Source: Mytilus edulis (lineage: Eukaryota). From it: 64,000 bases of DNA. Location of the stretch: contig NC_092347.1 of assembly GCF_963676685.1 (NCBI RefSeq), positions 34,348,001 through 34,412,000 of the forward strand, read 5' to 3'. The notes under the pieces were generated by a model that was not told the origin of the DNA, searched no databases, and saw only the letters and a program-made list of their open reading frames with translations. Shown here in pieces: positions 13,956 to 28,450 of the stretch (position 1 is its first letter; every line of letters starts with the position of its first letter). Made by a program: the position numbers and the translations under genes.

Positions 13956-16098
13956 GTAGAACAATCCGAACGTTCGGATATCAGTCAAGAAACCTATTTG
14001 TGAATGTGAAAATGTGAACCAAAAATCTTCCTGTGAAAAAGTGTCCGGTATATTTAAATGTGTCCAATGCGGTGAAAAAGTGTCCATTCAAATATGATGT
14101 CCTTATTATAAGTTGTGTTGAACTGTGATCTTTTGACCGAAGTAGAGAAAATAAGCGATTGATATCCAGTTATTCTACATGTTCTAGAGGATGGCGTGCA
14201 TTTTCAGCAATTTATACCAAGAATAAGTTCTAAAAAGGTCTCCCAACCACATTCGATGATATCCAGATTAACTATTATATATTCTGATTACATTAACTAC
14301 TTCGAGGGCGAACCCTGTTTAAAAAGGGAATTTGGAATGTGCCATGACATTGGTTTTTAAACAACATTTTATTCATTCAATTGTTTTAATGCTTGTTCAT
14401 GGTTTGCATTTATTTTATTATTTTGGAGTTAGTCGTAAAATTAGGCATACGTGTGTTACACTGATTATAATTTATATGTCATAATCTTGGACAAAGGACT
14501 TAACTTTCATTTGATCTATTCATTAAATTATTTATTCTTGTGACAATTTAGACAATAATTTAAAAAGACACTTATTACTCTTTTAATCTATTGTTATTTC
14601 CATCTGACATCTGTTAATCTGCATAATTATTTAATTGCTAATATGTATGTGCTTTATATATATATATTGTTATGGTTTGTATATTACATTACATTTAGTT
14701 TGGAGTTTGTTGTTCGGTTTTGTCGGACTGATAAAAATAAAAGTTTAAGGAGTGAAATATTCCTTCTTGATTTCCATATAGTCGGAACGCCATCTTATCC
14801 GGATATAGTGTGAACGGGGTATTAGAGTTTAAGACCTCTTATGTTTATAGTAAGTTAAAAGATGTAAGTGACACGGGTTGCCGATAAGACAGATCAGGTG
14901 CCTCCAAAGACAAATTGAAACTAATTGTAGATATACTAAAGGTCAAGGTTGGACTATCGTTATAGGCAATACTTACAAGTATGTATACATGTGATAAGTT
15001 ACATTTATAGTCTGGGTGAAAAAATTACTGCGTGTCCATACACTCATCATAGATTTGTACGCCAGACGCGCGTTTTGTCTTCAAAAGTCTAACCAGCTAC
15101 GCTCGAATGAAAAGAACTAAAAGGCAAAATAAAGAACAAAGTTAAAGAGCACTACACTAATTTAATTGAAGCTATGGCCAGTTTATACCTCATTGTATAA
15201 AAAACGCAAAGGCAAGACCAGAGTTACACATTTAGTTAGAGATTGCTAGGGCAGGACCATATATTGACCGTGCTGCAGAAGGTATAACCGTTATCATTTT
15301 CATTTGTTTTTAAAATATCTTTATAAGAACCTAAACTTGTTATGGTTCTGGTCAACCTTTTTAAAATAATATAGATATCTGAATTCGTTATGCTCATAGA
15401 GCACTCGAATTCTGATAAATTTGCATTTTAATCAGATTTTATTCGTGTAATGGGCATTCCAGACTTCAAACAATTATAATCTCCTATACATTAGAATGTG
15501 TAGATATTTTTGTTGCACAGCTGTTAAAAATGACATTAATATACATCCATTATTTGAGTTTTGCATTTTCGATATATTTCAATTTTTGGTATTATTTTTC
15601 TCTTTTAATTGTCAACATTTTTTGGATTATTATCTGTTTTTTATTATTATCATTTGCTTATACATGTAAATGAATACAGCTTTGGGGAAAACTATTTTAC
15701 ATCATAGTTTTTAAGCCTGTTCCTGGGGACATCTGTAAACATTAGGAAGTTTGACTATCCACCACTTTTCTTATAGTATTGGTCTTTCAAACTAAAATGT
15801 ATGGATCGATTTAACTTTTGATTTTTTATATTCCATATTTAACATTAAGGATTGATTTATGGCTGTGCTTTATATATATGGGCCATGTTTAATTCGATCA
15901 AACACTGTAAGTAAGATAATTGTTTTAATCAATGAGACATTGGGGATATTCTTAGAACTGTTTTAATTACTAGTATTGCCTTTCCTTGTCAGCATGAAAC
16001 AATAATTTGTTTTAGAACATTTGAGGAAAGGCTGTACTATAGTAGAAAAAAATGTAAACGCATACCAGTTAGTAGAAAAAAAGGTGTGACCGAGGCTT

Positions 16099-16711
16099 TA
16101 GATAGGTATTTCACTTGACCCATGTATTTCATCTTTTAGTACTGTGATTTTTTTATGTTATAGAGTCAACCTGAAGCTTTGATATATAAAAATGATAGAA
16201 TTTGAAGCGAGACGATGTATGAAATATTCCTACTTTGTGCGATATCAAGACAAAATATTGAACTCAAACACACCCTAACATAAAAAGGCTCGATTTTCTC
16301 TTTTCGATACAATTGTTACCCATTTTTTGGAATTTTTTCTTGAGTAACAAAATGGAAGGGCAAACACGAAAATTACTGAACTAACAGATTGATATGTTTT
16401 CCGTCCGTGGTAAAAAAAAAATAAAAAAATCGGAGGTTATGCATCTTCTACATCCAACTTGAAAGATTCCCATTTCGTCGACTTGATAACTAATTGTTCT
16501 GCTTGACTATGTACTAGATAAATTGAAAACTTATGCAAATGGTGTTTTTAAAACAAAACACTTCGTAATTAAGAAGAAAATTGTCATTTTACTTGTTTCT
16601 TTTAACTGTTAAATTTTTTGTCACTATAGTAAACATTACAGTAAGCATTTATCGCCTTCTCTAACAAAGAGCTTCGATTCTTTTGTTCTATTTCAACCGG
16701 GTTTCCGCCTG
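16099..16711 (-). repeat. Inverted diverged copy of the 198-805 repeat
   Basis: Reverse-complement match to 198-805. Confidence 0.75.
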
Positions 16712-17259
16712 TTAAGGAACGCCGCCAATATCTAATCCTGAAAATCACAACTTTGTAGTTAAACTCTTCACATGAAACATAAAAAAAAACCCAAATAATA
16801 GGAAAAGCTAAACACGTTCTAATAAAACCAGCTGTACTTAAGTGTTTTGAAGTCCTTTTAATCTTTTGATTTTAAAGAATTATCGGGAGGTGAGCATGCT
16901 TAAATTAAACATACGAAAGAAGAGTCACAATGAACCTTATCAAGTTCAAGATATATACTATACACGTAAGTTTACATTGTTTATTACCAAAAAAAATGAA
17001 AATTATAACACTAAAGTAATCTTTTCTAATTATACGATGAAAAATCTTTAAGTGGTATTTGTGCGATGTAAATAAGTATTCTATACTGGATCCAAATATA
17101 AAAACCTGGTAATTATATTTAGATAACCATTATTTATAGTATATGACATCTAAGAGTTGATCTTATCAATACACGACGACAAATGGATGATCGAAGATAA
17201 AACTTTGAATAGCCAGATATTTATATGTTAATGGAAACATGATGGTTCTTCGTTATTTG

Positions 17260-17955
17260 ATTGCCTTGCCTTTCACTTTATTAGTTTAATGTGCTAACGT
17301 TTCACTTTACACGTTAGAGTGTTTGCCTTTCACTTAAGTATGCTTGCCTTTCACTTTAGTGTGTATGCCTTTCACTTTAGTATATATCTTTTCACTTTTG
17401 TGTTCTAACGTTTCATTTAATTGTGCTTGCCTTTCAATTTAGTGTGCTAACGTTTCATTTTAGTATGCTTGTCTTTCACTTTAGTGCGTGTATCCTTTAA
17501 ATGTTTCACATATAGTGTGCTTGTCATTCAATTTAGTGTGTTAACGTTTCATTTTAGTATGCTTGTCTTTCACTTTAGTGCGTGTATCCTTTAAATATTT
17601 CACTATAGTATGCCTGTCATTCACTTTAGTGTGCTTGTCTTTCACTTTAATGTGTTTGCCTTTCACTTTAGTGTGCTCACGTTTCACTTAATAAGCGTGT
17701 TGCCTTTCACTTTAATGTGTTTGCCTTTCACTTAAGTAAGTATGTACTTTGGTTTACCCAGAAATAGAGATATATATACAGATCTTTGTATGCGCTGAAT
17801 ATTTAGAACAGCTTCGACTTGAAACATTTAATGACGAAGAGTGGAAGGCTCGAAAAGTAAAGTGAAAGAAAGGCTAGCACACTAAATTGAAAAGAAAGCA
17901 CACTTAGGTGAAAAGGCAATCACACTAAAGTGAAAGGCAAACACACTAAAGTAAA
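17260..17955. repeat. ~22-bp degenerate minisatellite with inverted copies downstream
   Basis: GTGTGCTTGCCTTTCACTTTA-like units 17260-17740; reverse-complement units CACTAAAGTGAAAGGCAAACAC at 17860-17955. Confidence 0.8.
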
Positions 17956-18179
17956 ATTTTTCTTCAAATCAGGAGTAGTTATTTTAACGTTACGGATAAT
18001 TTGTAGAATTTCATTTGTACCCTGTCTATAACCGTGACCGAATTATTACCAAAACCCAAAATACACATGCACGTACAGTAGTGCCAAGTATGATTCTCAG
18101 TTATTATAACTATTTTTTGCAAATTTTATAAGTGAACTAATTGAACGAGTAACTTTGCTTTTGACTGTTTCAGAAATAT

Positions 18180-19346
18180 ATGGACTGGAAGAGGATTGTC
18201 GTTCCTGTGTTATTTGTTGCATCAATATTCCTCATTATTTACTACCAGAGTACCATTCTAGTTATTGGACAGTTTTTTGCTGACGAAGGAAACTCTACAA
18301 CTTCTTCATTTCAAAAGAAAATTATTGAACCGCCAATCAAAATCGCATGGTATAAACCAATCGAAATCGCATGGCATGGGCGGCCGGTATGGCTGCCACC
18401 TACTTTCAATTTCAGTGGGTGCGAATTTTCAAACTGTATTTTATCAGATAGTAAAACAAAACCATTGGATAATTATCAAGCAGTGTTCTTTCATTATCGA
18501 CGTTTAAGTAAACATGTTCCAGAAAAATCGAAAAATCAAATATGGATAATCTGGACAAATGAAAGTCCTGCGAATGACGGATCTTTAGCAAAACAATGGC
18601 ACAATAAGTTCGATTGGAGTGCTTCTTACAGAGAAGAAAGCGAATTTTCACTTCGCTGGGCAATAAAATTGAGAGAAAACTCTAATAAGATGCAAAGAAA
18701 TTATACCGAGATATTCCGAAGAAAAACAAAACAAGTCTCTTGGGTTGTTAGCAACTGTAATACTCAATCTCAGCGTCGAACATATGTGGAAGAATTAAAG
18801 AAACACATAACCGTTGATATTTATGGAAATTGTGGGAAAAACAAGACTTTTTGCAGAAGGAAAAGTTCAATCGAATGTCATTCGAGTTTGTCAAATGATT
18901 ATAAATTTTACCTTGGTTTTGAGAACAGTATATGCAAAGATTATATTACAGAAAAAGTTTTTAATAATTTTCAAGACCACAATAAAATGGTATATGTCGC
19001 CAGATCAGCTCCAAATTTAAAAAGTGTAATTCCTGCAAAAACGATAGTCAACACAGAGGATTTTGAGTCTCCAAAGGCTCTGGCACAGTATCTTTTGAAA
19101 CTAAGCTCAAATGAGAAAGAATACATTTCTTATCTAAAAGAAAAGGACAAATATTATTTTCCAGATGAACGATTACCGCGAACATTCTGTTCTATATGTG
19201 AGCTACTACATACGTACAAGAATAGAAAATTAAAGTGGTCAGGGAGAAATTTCAATGCTTGGTTCAGAAACGGAGCCTGTATTAAGCCAAATAATGGAAA
19301 AAGATCGATTGGTCATAGTAGACAATTATTGCGTAGTACGTCATAG
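18180..19346 (+). CDS. Alpha-(1,3)-fucosyltransferase (glycosyltransferase family 10), type II membrane protein, single coding exon
   Basis: 388-aa ORF; N-terminal TM (IVVPVLFVASIFLIIYY); WTNESP, VSWVVSNC, VDIYGNCG and the alpha-1,3 motif YKFYLGFENSICKDYITEK; splice acceptor TTTTGACTGTTTCAG ends at 18173; AATAAA at 19593. Confidence 0.95.
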   Translation: MDWKRIVVPVLFVASIFLIIYYQSTILVIGQFFADEGNSTTSSFQKKIIEPPIKIAWYKPIEIAWHGRPVWLPPTFNFSGCEFSNCILSDSKTKPLDNYQAVFFHYRRLSKHVPEKSKNQIWIIWTNESPANDGSLAKQWHNKFDWSASYREESEFSLRWAIKLRENSNKMQRNYTEIFRRKTKQVSWVVSNCNTQSQRRTYVEELKKHITVDIYGNCGKNKTFCRRKSSIECHSSLSNDYKFYLGFENSICKDYITEKVFNNFQDHNKMVYVARSAPNLKSVIPAKTIVNTEDFESPKALAQYLLKLSSNEKEYISYLKEKDKYYFPDERLPRTFCSICELLHTYKNRKLKWSGRNFNAWFRNGACIKPNNGKRSIGHSRQLLRSTS

Positions 19347-22300
19347 AAATTTAAAGTGACTATAGACGACTATAAGAAAGAGAGCAATAGTTGTTCTCTC
19401 TGAAACATAATTTGTTTCTATATCAATTTTCTTCGACGAGTAGAAAGAAAAAGAACAGGAGACGTTTTTCTTCATTTATTTTAGAATTCGTCATGGTAGA
19501 AAATCTCAAAGAAAAACCAAATTAACAAGTAGAGATCAAACAATGTGGCTTGAAGATAAAGTTAGACTTCAAATTGTATGATGTCAGTCAAAAATAAAAG
19601 ACTTGTTTATATTTTTTTCTTACTTTGGTTGAAGATATAAAAATAAGGAGATACAGTATAATTGCCATGGAGATAACTATCGACAAAAGTTCAAATGAAC
19701 TGGATGTAAGCAATTAAAGGCATCCCTTCGGCCTTCAACAATGAGAACAGCCCATACCATATCATGGGTAGTAACCATGGTAGCGTCGTCATATTGAGAA
19801 GCGTTTAGTAAAATGATTTGGTCAAGTCTGTCATGGTTTGTCAAGTCATTCCTCCGAACGACTACCTTAGTTCTCTATACAGTGTACAAATATGCATACA
19901 AAAAAGTAAATAAGTTTGATTCAATGTTTAACACAAATTCAACATTTAGATTGTTACTCTGTGTAAAAGTTTAAAATTTTAATTTTTGGCGAATCATTAA
20001 AGTCACGAAATTCGACAAAATTCCCGAGAGTAAGGAGAATTGTACAAATTTCCGTATAGAAGTTCTTTTAAAAATCTGTCAATGTCTCTTCCTCTGATAT
20101 GCAGTTGCATATAAGCCTATAGTGAGTTATGATCTTTCACGCCATAAAATATTTCACAAATGAGTCTTCTTCGACTTCATAGGAAAATACATTTTTTTGT
20201 TATCAGAAATTAATTCCGTTGGACATTATTTATAATTCATTTGTATTGTATTTGGGTGCTGATGGCATTTGTCTTTGAGAGCAGTAATTAAGTAACAACC
20301 GCATTTCTTAAAAATGTAAAATCGAACCTTGATGGTAGGGATATTTTCTGAAAATGACAGTACTGTAGTTGGACTTGGTCATTTTTGGGTACAAGTTGCA
20401 TAAAGAGAGTGTAGTTTGTCCAGCTATCTCCTCCTACAGTTGTGGGGTACATCTTTAATATTTTGTAGGATGTTCATACACATAATGGAGGTGAGCATGG
20501 CCACATGATTTTGATGTTTTTTAAATATTATGAAAATGACATGTAGTTGGACTGGATTTTGTGGTACAAACTGCATAAAGAGATCGTGGTTTGTCCGGCT
20601 ATCTCCTCTTACAGTTTTGGAGATACAGAAACATTTAGATAGACACTCAATCCTGAAAGTGTAGCATTTAGCATTATAAGAATAAAACATAGATCATCAT
20701 ACATATTGTTAAATTTATAATATATATAGTCAGGCGATGGCATCATTTATGTCTTGTATACAGCGTGAAAATTTCAAGTTGTATGGCAACATCACTATTT
20801 GTCAAATCTAAAATATGTAGAACTATACTCGTGCAAATGGCAGAGCAGAAGGATAATTATGTTTGGTAGGGTTACAAGAGCGCAATTATTTGTTATGTAT
20901 TTTACATAGGATACCAGTTGTGTTCCGTAATCTCTCGAAGACTACTCACAATAGTTCCTGTTACCAGAAATTCCAGTATTTCATAAGAAGAACATATAAT
21001 AAGATGCTCTCGATCTGATAAGCATGTAATATTTGTCACTAGATCACATACCATAACCCACTCAATTTCTTATACCTTACATATGTGTTTTTCTTCTCTA
21101 ATGACAGCAATCAACCTAATGTTCTGATCAGTTTTTATATTTGATTTAAAAAAATTGATATAATTTGTTTTATTTTCTAGAGTAATTATACAGAAAAACT
21201 ATAATAAACAGTAATTTTCTTTCAAACACGGTAGTGATAAGAGCTTGTTTTGTCTTCTTTCTGTGGCTCGTTGACAAAATATTCCAAAATGTTTATCATA
21301 TTTTCCCTGGTTCTATATGTTGCACTTTAATTTTACCTCAATTCTTTGAAGTAACTTTTGTGTGTATGTTTGCTCTTGATTTCAAGACATTTGTGCATAA
21401 GCCATTGTTCTACAGTATGTCAGTTGTTTTGTGCATATAAACCGCTCACTTAATATTAAAATAAAGACTAAATAAACCTCAAACTGATTGTGTGTTAATG
21501 TTGTTGTCTTTTTTCACAGAAATTCTTAATAAAAATGAATGAATGACTTATGTATTTTACAAATTCCCTGAATTTAATCAGTGAATCTGTAAAAAAGATC
21601 TAAATTATTTCAGGGATTTTGTAAAATCACTAGTCAAAATCAGGGATTTTATAAAATCACTAATCAGTTCAGTGATTTTACAAATTCCCTGAAATTTCAG
21701 TGATTTTACAAAATCACTGATTTCACAAATTCCCTGTAACATATACACATTTAAAAAAGTATTGCAACACTTCCATTGAAAACAATGTAAAATGACATGA
21801 TTGTAGAATATGAATAATTTGGGTTTTAACGAATATTTTTAATCGGTTTATGGTTTAAATTTGAACTTGTGTTATTAACTTACATTTCAGACAAACTTAA
21901 GACTAGAGAGACGCATCATTAGAGCTGTACTGACAAAGTTATTTAAGCTTTGTCCTGTCCTCTATACCGACATTTTATAAAAGTAATTTTGAAAGCTAAC
22001 TAAATATCTGATTCAGAAAATGTGTGTTAAACTAGCCATTTCAAACAGTTCTGAATGAGTTTAATGCATACAAAATCTGTATTTTTTGCTGATCGAACCA
22101 ATGTTTTGGGAAAACTTGAATGAGTACTGCAAAATTTGCATTTTTTGTGATAGCTCGAAAAACTATTTCAGTGCAGCTGTTATGTCCTATCCATGTAGCA
22201 TTGGATGAAAAATAAGTTAATACCATGAATTTAATTTTAAACCATAAAGGGATGTCTCAGTGTCAGACAGGGTTCACCTGACCTCTATATCATTTTATGG

Positions 22301-22775
22301 ATCAGTAATTAAGGGTAAAGTTACATGATAAGGTCAGTTTCTCAGATACAATAAGCAGCAGGTCAACTGTATGCGGTATCTGGAATGATTGTATAGGGTC
22401 CATGTCAGTCTTGTCGGTATCATGATCATCTGGCCTTGACCTCATTTTCATGATGCATTGGTCAATAAAAGTGTTTTGTTTTTGGTCAGTTTTCCAAATA
22501 CTTGTAGCAATAGGTCAGCTATTTTTGGTTTATGGAACAATTGTGAGGCGTAAATGTCTATCTAGCAGGTATTATCTGACATTGACCTCATTTTCATGGT
22601 TCATTGATCAATGTTATTGTTAAGTTTTTATGTTTTGGGTCATTTATATTTGGTGTATGGAATGATTGTAAGGTGTACGTGTCTGTATGGGCTGGTTTAT
22701 CTGACCATGAACTCATCATAGAACATTTATAATAGTGTGTGATACTTGTTGTTTTCGAAAATTAATTCACGTTAA

Positions 22776-23495
22776 GCTGGGGTCACACATTCACGATTTT
22801 TACTGCCGTCCTTGACAGGACCATTCCCGATTAAAATTTATCAAAAGTCTGATCAAGATCCTATGAATCGTGGATGTAAATTCAAACTTTAAAAATTTAA
22901 TCACGACAACAATCAGATATTGTTCAGGAAGCGCCGATATTCAACCGTTTCCAAGCGAATTTATCACGATAATCCCGTTCTAAATCCGCTTCTAATCCGA
23001 TTTTTATCTTTCGCCAGGTAAAATTCGACCGAGTCTGTCACGACTGCGTCCCGATTCTACCGAATGTAATCCGACAGAGATCAGATAGTGACAAGACAGT
23101 GAACCGACGCTGACGGAAGTTATCCGTTCGAACAAATTTCTCCAGATCATTCCCGTTCCACAGGACACCGTCCCGAATACACAGAACATTGTTAGGAATT
23201 CGATCCGATACAGCAGAATCTGTCACGACATAGGCACGATTGTAATACGACTAGACAAAATCGGCTGAGTTTCCCCGAATGTTACGGGACGCACCTAACT
23301 GTCGGGGTGCTTTGCCGAACTATTCGGACCCTTCCCGACCAGTAGGAATCTGTTACGAACTTAAACGACTGCGTTCAGACAATAATAGGACATTCCAGAT
23401 AATTGAGGATACTAATCCGACTTTTTCACTTTTCGTGTCGTATCGCTGTCTGATCTCAAACGGGAGTAATAATCGGCAATGTGTGAACCCCGCAT
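22776..23495. mobile_element. Non-autonomous PIF/Harbinger-like element
   Basis: TAA|GCTGGGGTCACACATT ... AATGTGTGAACCCCGCAT|TAA imperfect TIRs with 3-bp TWA-type flanks; CpG-rich interior with repeated CCGA/CACGA motifs. Confidence 0.65.
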
Positions 23496-24364
23496 TAAGC
23501 AAGATATCGAAAATTGGCATGGTTTGGTTAAGATATTGACATGGGTTGGTTAAGTGTTCAAAATTTTGTCACGATGGCTAGTTTAGAAACAAATTGGTTT
23601 TAATAAAATCGAATGCGTTTAAAAAAAACCACTATACATTTTGTTCCTTACCTCTTTTGACTTATAAATTCTAGATTGTTTTTAAAACACCCTGGGAACA
23701 GTATATCATTATCATATACCTTATTGGGGTTTTAACGACCTTGACTGACTATTAAGCCTTCGCACGGTCGGTAAATCAATATAGATCTAAATGTCCCTTT
23801 TTCACCTAAGTATATCCTTTATTATTTATCTCTAGGAGGGGCGGCAAAATGTGAAATTGAAATGGGCAAATATAATTGACTCCCCCTTTTAAAATATGTT
23901 AACAAATTAAGCCCCTCTCCCGTTCAAAAACATATAAACTTTGAGTCCCCTCTTCTATGATTATTATTGAACGGTTTCAAATGGTTCAATCTATATATGT
24001 TGCTTACATTCCTATGTTCTTATTTACAAGTAAAATGTATCAAAGAGACTGAAATTATTAAGGCATTTTAGTAAACATTCATCGAGAAATGCACTGAGGG
24101 CAAAAAACACTTGACATGGATAAAATCCATTTGTTTTTACTGACTTATAATCTAGATAATGCATAGCGAAGTGTGCATTAACTACCTCACATAAACTGCA
24201 CAGTTCAAAAGAACACTGACTTTTAGGGGCGGACCCTGGATTTTGAAAGGTTTGTGAATCCATATAATTAAAAAAATATCACTTGAGAGTATCGAGACTC
24301 AAAACAATTATTGACGATTTTATGCTAAAACATAATAAATTATATATGTTTTCCAATCAAAGGG

Positions 24365-25453
24365 CAGGGGCGTAGCCAGGAGAAAACGATGTGCAAGCAA
24401 CTACCGCCGAGCGGAGCGAGGCGAAAAAAATTTTGGACCCTTTACTGCAGAAAAATGTTTTTTTTTTCGGTTTTCGGTCATAGGACGGTTTAAAGAGGAG
24501 CTACATGTAAATAGGACTTATAAACAATTTATGAACGTAAAACTATTAATACTTGAATCTTCTGAATAGAGACAACACATTTTTGAATTACAGAATTTAC
24601 TCAACATTGACCAAAATCTGCTCTTCGGGTCTAAGCAGAAACGAACTTCTCTATTACTTTGTCAACATTCACACTGAAATCCCGATCAATATGCAGTAAT
24701 GCTAGCGATGATAACCTGACGTTGTTAATTGTTGATCGTACATTTGTTTTCAACAGACTTAATAAACTGATAGATGTGCATGATAGCACTCGCGAGATGT
24801 TATAAACCAGCGTACGTGTTGTCAATCGAGCGACCTCCCGATTGAAATTGTTCGCCAAATACATGCCAGGTCATTTTGTATGTCTCAGACAATGTTGAGA
24901 ATTATTCCTTGGTTATATGTCCTACAACACGAGGAAGCAGATACGACAGAAAGAAGCTATTTTCTGATAATACCAGACACCCTCTACTCTCCAATTCCAT
25001 TATCATATGGTCTACGTGTGTGAACGCAAAATATAATGAGACTTTCCAATGCTCTTTTGGCGTGTTTTCATGGTGATTGGCTCTAATAGTCTTTCGAATA
25101 CATCGCCTCGGCATATTTTCAATAATATCAAAGGGTTTCGATAAATCTCGATTGGTACATCGCATCGCAAACAGATAAGCCGTACTCTGTAAAATGTGCT
25201 CCGAAACTACACGTCTTAGACTGAGTATAATAAATTCAAATCTGGTACTGTCCGATTTTTACATGATCTCCAATAAAACGTTTAATTTGAAATGCCGTTA
25301 TTTAATGAAAGTTCATCAATTAAAAAAGTGACAACATATGTGTTTCCTTTAACCATAATTAATTTATAAATTTTTATTTTGGCATTTTTTTTTTTGCTTG
25401 CCGAATCGATGTGCACGCAACTGCGTGTTAGCGTATATGGAGCTACGCGCCTG
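24365..25453 (-). mobile_element. Non-autonomous hAT element with 5-bp TSD (hAT5-like), copy A, 1089 bp
   Basis: TIR CAGGGGCGTAGC/GCTACGCGCCTG; TSD AAGGG; remnant hAT dimerization-domain peptide LKTNVRSTINNVRLSSLALLHIDRD on minus strand. Confidence 0.88.
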
Positions 25454-25704
25454 AAGGGGGGGAGCATAGTTCAATGCAAATCTTTAAAAAATTCTTTACA
25501 GTCAAACCGGCTATAAAGAAAAAATGTAATTTCTGCTAAAAAAAGAAATGTATTTTAGAATATTATATCGAAATAGCTAAATGAGATTTGGATTAGTTTT
25601 GTGCTCAATGGACTATGCCTTTTTCAAGTAGTGACTATTTTAAGATCGAATTTAGGGGGGGGGGGGGCTGCAGATCAAACATATTTTGTTTAGATGCGAC
25701 TTGT

Positions 25705-27003
25705 CAGGGGCGTAGCTAGAAAGAAACGATGTGGAAGCAATTACTGTCGAGCGGAGCGAGGCGAAAAAATTTTGGGACCCTATTATGCAGAATTTTTTTT
25801 TCTTTCGGTTTTTGGTCATAGGACGGTTAAAAAAGGAGCTATATGTAGATAAAATTTATGAATGTAAAACTATTAATAAAGCTTTTGAATATAGTAATAC
25901 ATAAACAACACATATTTGTGATACAGAATTTACTCAAAATTGTCCAAAATCTGCTCTTCGGGTCGGGGCAGAAACAAACTTCTCTATTACTTTGTCAATA
26001 TTCACACGGAAATCCCGATGAATATGCAGTAATGCTAAGTAACTTTCGTTGTTCATTGTTGATCGTACATTTGTTTTCAATTACATACGTAGTACCGTGA
26101 CTGATTGATCTCAGGGCCATCATGGCATGGTAGCACTCGCGAGATGTTATAAACCAGCGTACGTGTTCGGCATCGAGCGACCTCCCAATTGAATTCGTCT
26201 AAATTACATGCTAAGTCAGTTTCGTATGTTTTAGACAATATTGAGATTTGTTCGTTTGTGATATTTCCTACAACACGATGAAGCAGGTACAGCACAAAGA
26301 AGCGATTTTCTGATAACTTGACGCGACTCCACTCTCCAGTTGCCTTATCATATGGTCTATGAACGCAAAAAATGATGAGACTTTCCAATACTGTTTTGGC
26401 GTGGTTGCAGGGTGATTGGCTCCGGTTAGTCTGTCAACCACGTCGCCTCGGCATATTTTCAACGATATCGAAGGGATCTGATAGTTCTAATGCCGATTGG
26501 TACATCTCATTCCAAACTGATGAACTGTACACTGTAAAATGTGCTCCAAAACTGCATATCTTAGACTGAGTATTACAAATTCAAAAGTAAAAATCTTGTG
26601 AAAGATACAAGTAACCTTCCGATTTTGTCATAATTACCAAATTTTTTTTTTATTTTGAAACCAAATGTCGTTATTTAATGATATTTCATCAATTAAAAAA
26701 AGTGACAACCTAGGTGTTTCCTTTAACATTCAATTTATAAATTTTTATTTTGCCATATTTTGCCATTTCTTTTTTTGCATGCCGAATCAATGTGCACGCA
26801 ACTCTTTTTCTGAATGAACAGCTTTATCAACACTTGTAACTATGTTGTCAAACTAATATCCGGGATAGACGGAAAAGACACCAATAGTCTCCGATTCCGA
26901 TTGACCAACTCATCTCTCTATTCTGCTTTTTTTTTTTTTTTTTTTTTTTTGTGAAACGACGTGGATGCACGTGCTGTCATGCCTCCGGGTAGCTACGCCC
27001 CTG
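25705..27003 (-). mobile_element. Non-autonomous hAT element with 5-bp TSD, diverged sister subfamily, 1299 bp
   Basis: CTTGT|CAGGGGCGTAGC ... GCTACGCCCCTG|CTTGT; collinear with 24365-25453 but with many substitutions and indels. Confidence 0.88.
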
Positions 27004-28450
27004 CTTGTCTTCAAAAATTAATACAGTAGAAAACGAAATTTGGAAAAGGGGGGGGGGGATAAAAATTGAAGAAAAAAAAGTTGACTTAAATTAATAACTT
27101 TAATTTAGGTACATCGCTCCTCGGTTAATCTTCCACTAAGCATATTATTGAGGGAAAGAAAGGCAATTAATCTTTACTCAGTCAATAACTCCTGATTTTT
27201 CATGTAGATGAAATAAGTTTATAATTTATAAACTTGTCGTGATATCCGCTTAAATTGTTCAGTTTGATTATCTCCCTTTATATAAGGACATACACACATA
27301 TATAAATTTATTATAAATTTTAATTGTTTACATTTACAAAACAATAAATTGACATAAAACAACATTTTTCTATTTAATTTACAAATATTAATACAAAAAA
27401 GAGTACATAAAATAGTAATTTTGTAAAACAAATGCTTTAATTTACCCATATCATTTGTGTTTAAATAATAAGTACATAATTAATTTGATTCAAGTCAAAG
27501 TTGCCGCTGCCGGAAAAGCATACCTATGTCGAGCATATTGTATTACACGAGAGTGTCTCGCCTACTTTATGCAATCTTTGCAGCCTCTGGTGAGGCGACA
27601 AACAATTAAAAACAGAAAGTCCGTCCACGTCAACCTTCTACAAGTTAAACACTAACGTTTCATCTACCAAATTGTCTTTATTTACAAAACATCTAACTTC
27701 TATATTGCAACAAACACAATTAACTATACACTCAGATTGGTGTGTTTATTTTGTTTTTTTTATGGTGATCATTTTTGATAATATATAATAAATTAATGAT
27801 TATAATGATTATTTATTTAAAGAGTTTTTACACGGTTATGCGCAAATTTATTGTTTTATTTTTTGGGGCAATTGAAATATAACCGTATGGCGCAAATGAA
27901 AGATGGAATTTTGAAAAAAATATTCGCAAATGCAATGCGCCACCATATAAAACTGTTCGTACTTGGGGAATTTATACAATGTTATTATAGTTTTTAATAT
28001 TTGATACAGAAAAATTAAAAAAAGAAGTAATGTTTCATAAAAATAAATAGCATTAAAGACAAAGCTGTTTTTATTACAGTTTTTGATATTTGGTACAAAT
28101 TAACTATCATGTGCAGCACTTCAGCTTTTATTATTATTTAAATCAAAATTGTTCACATAAATATTCCGGAGCATGTTATATATTGAATACATGGTTTAAT
28201 TTAAGTTGGCCAACTCTATCTTTTACACATATCAGGGGCGGATCCTGTCATTTTCAAAATGGGGTCCCAACCCAGGATAAAAGTGGGATCCACTAGATGT
28301 CCCCATTCAAATGCATGGATCGTCCAAAAAAAGGCGGGTCCAACCCCCGGGACCCTCCCTATGGATCCACCACTGAATAGCATATTGAATGACTTCGTCT
28401 AAAATATCCCACGTAATTCTTCCCTTTGTCCTTGGACTCGGACCAAGGAC

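Noticed and set aside
13960-14350. Cys-rich zinc-finger-like coding remnant (CECENV..KCVQCGEK)
   Set aside because: No continuous frame or splice support; family cannot be assigned from the sequence alone
24631-26569. Short ORFs as host genes or an active transposase
   Set aside because: They are fragmented hAT transposase remnants with stops and deletions inside non-autonomous elements
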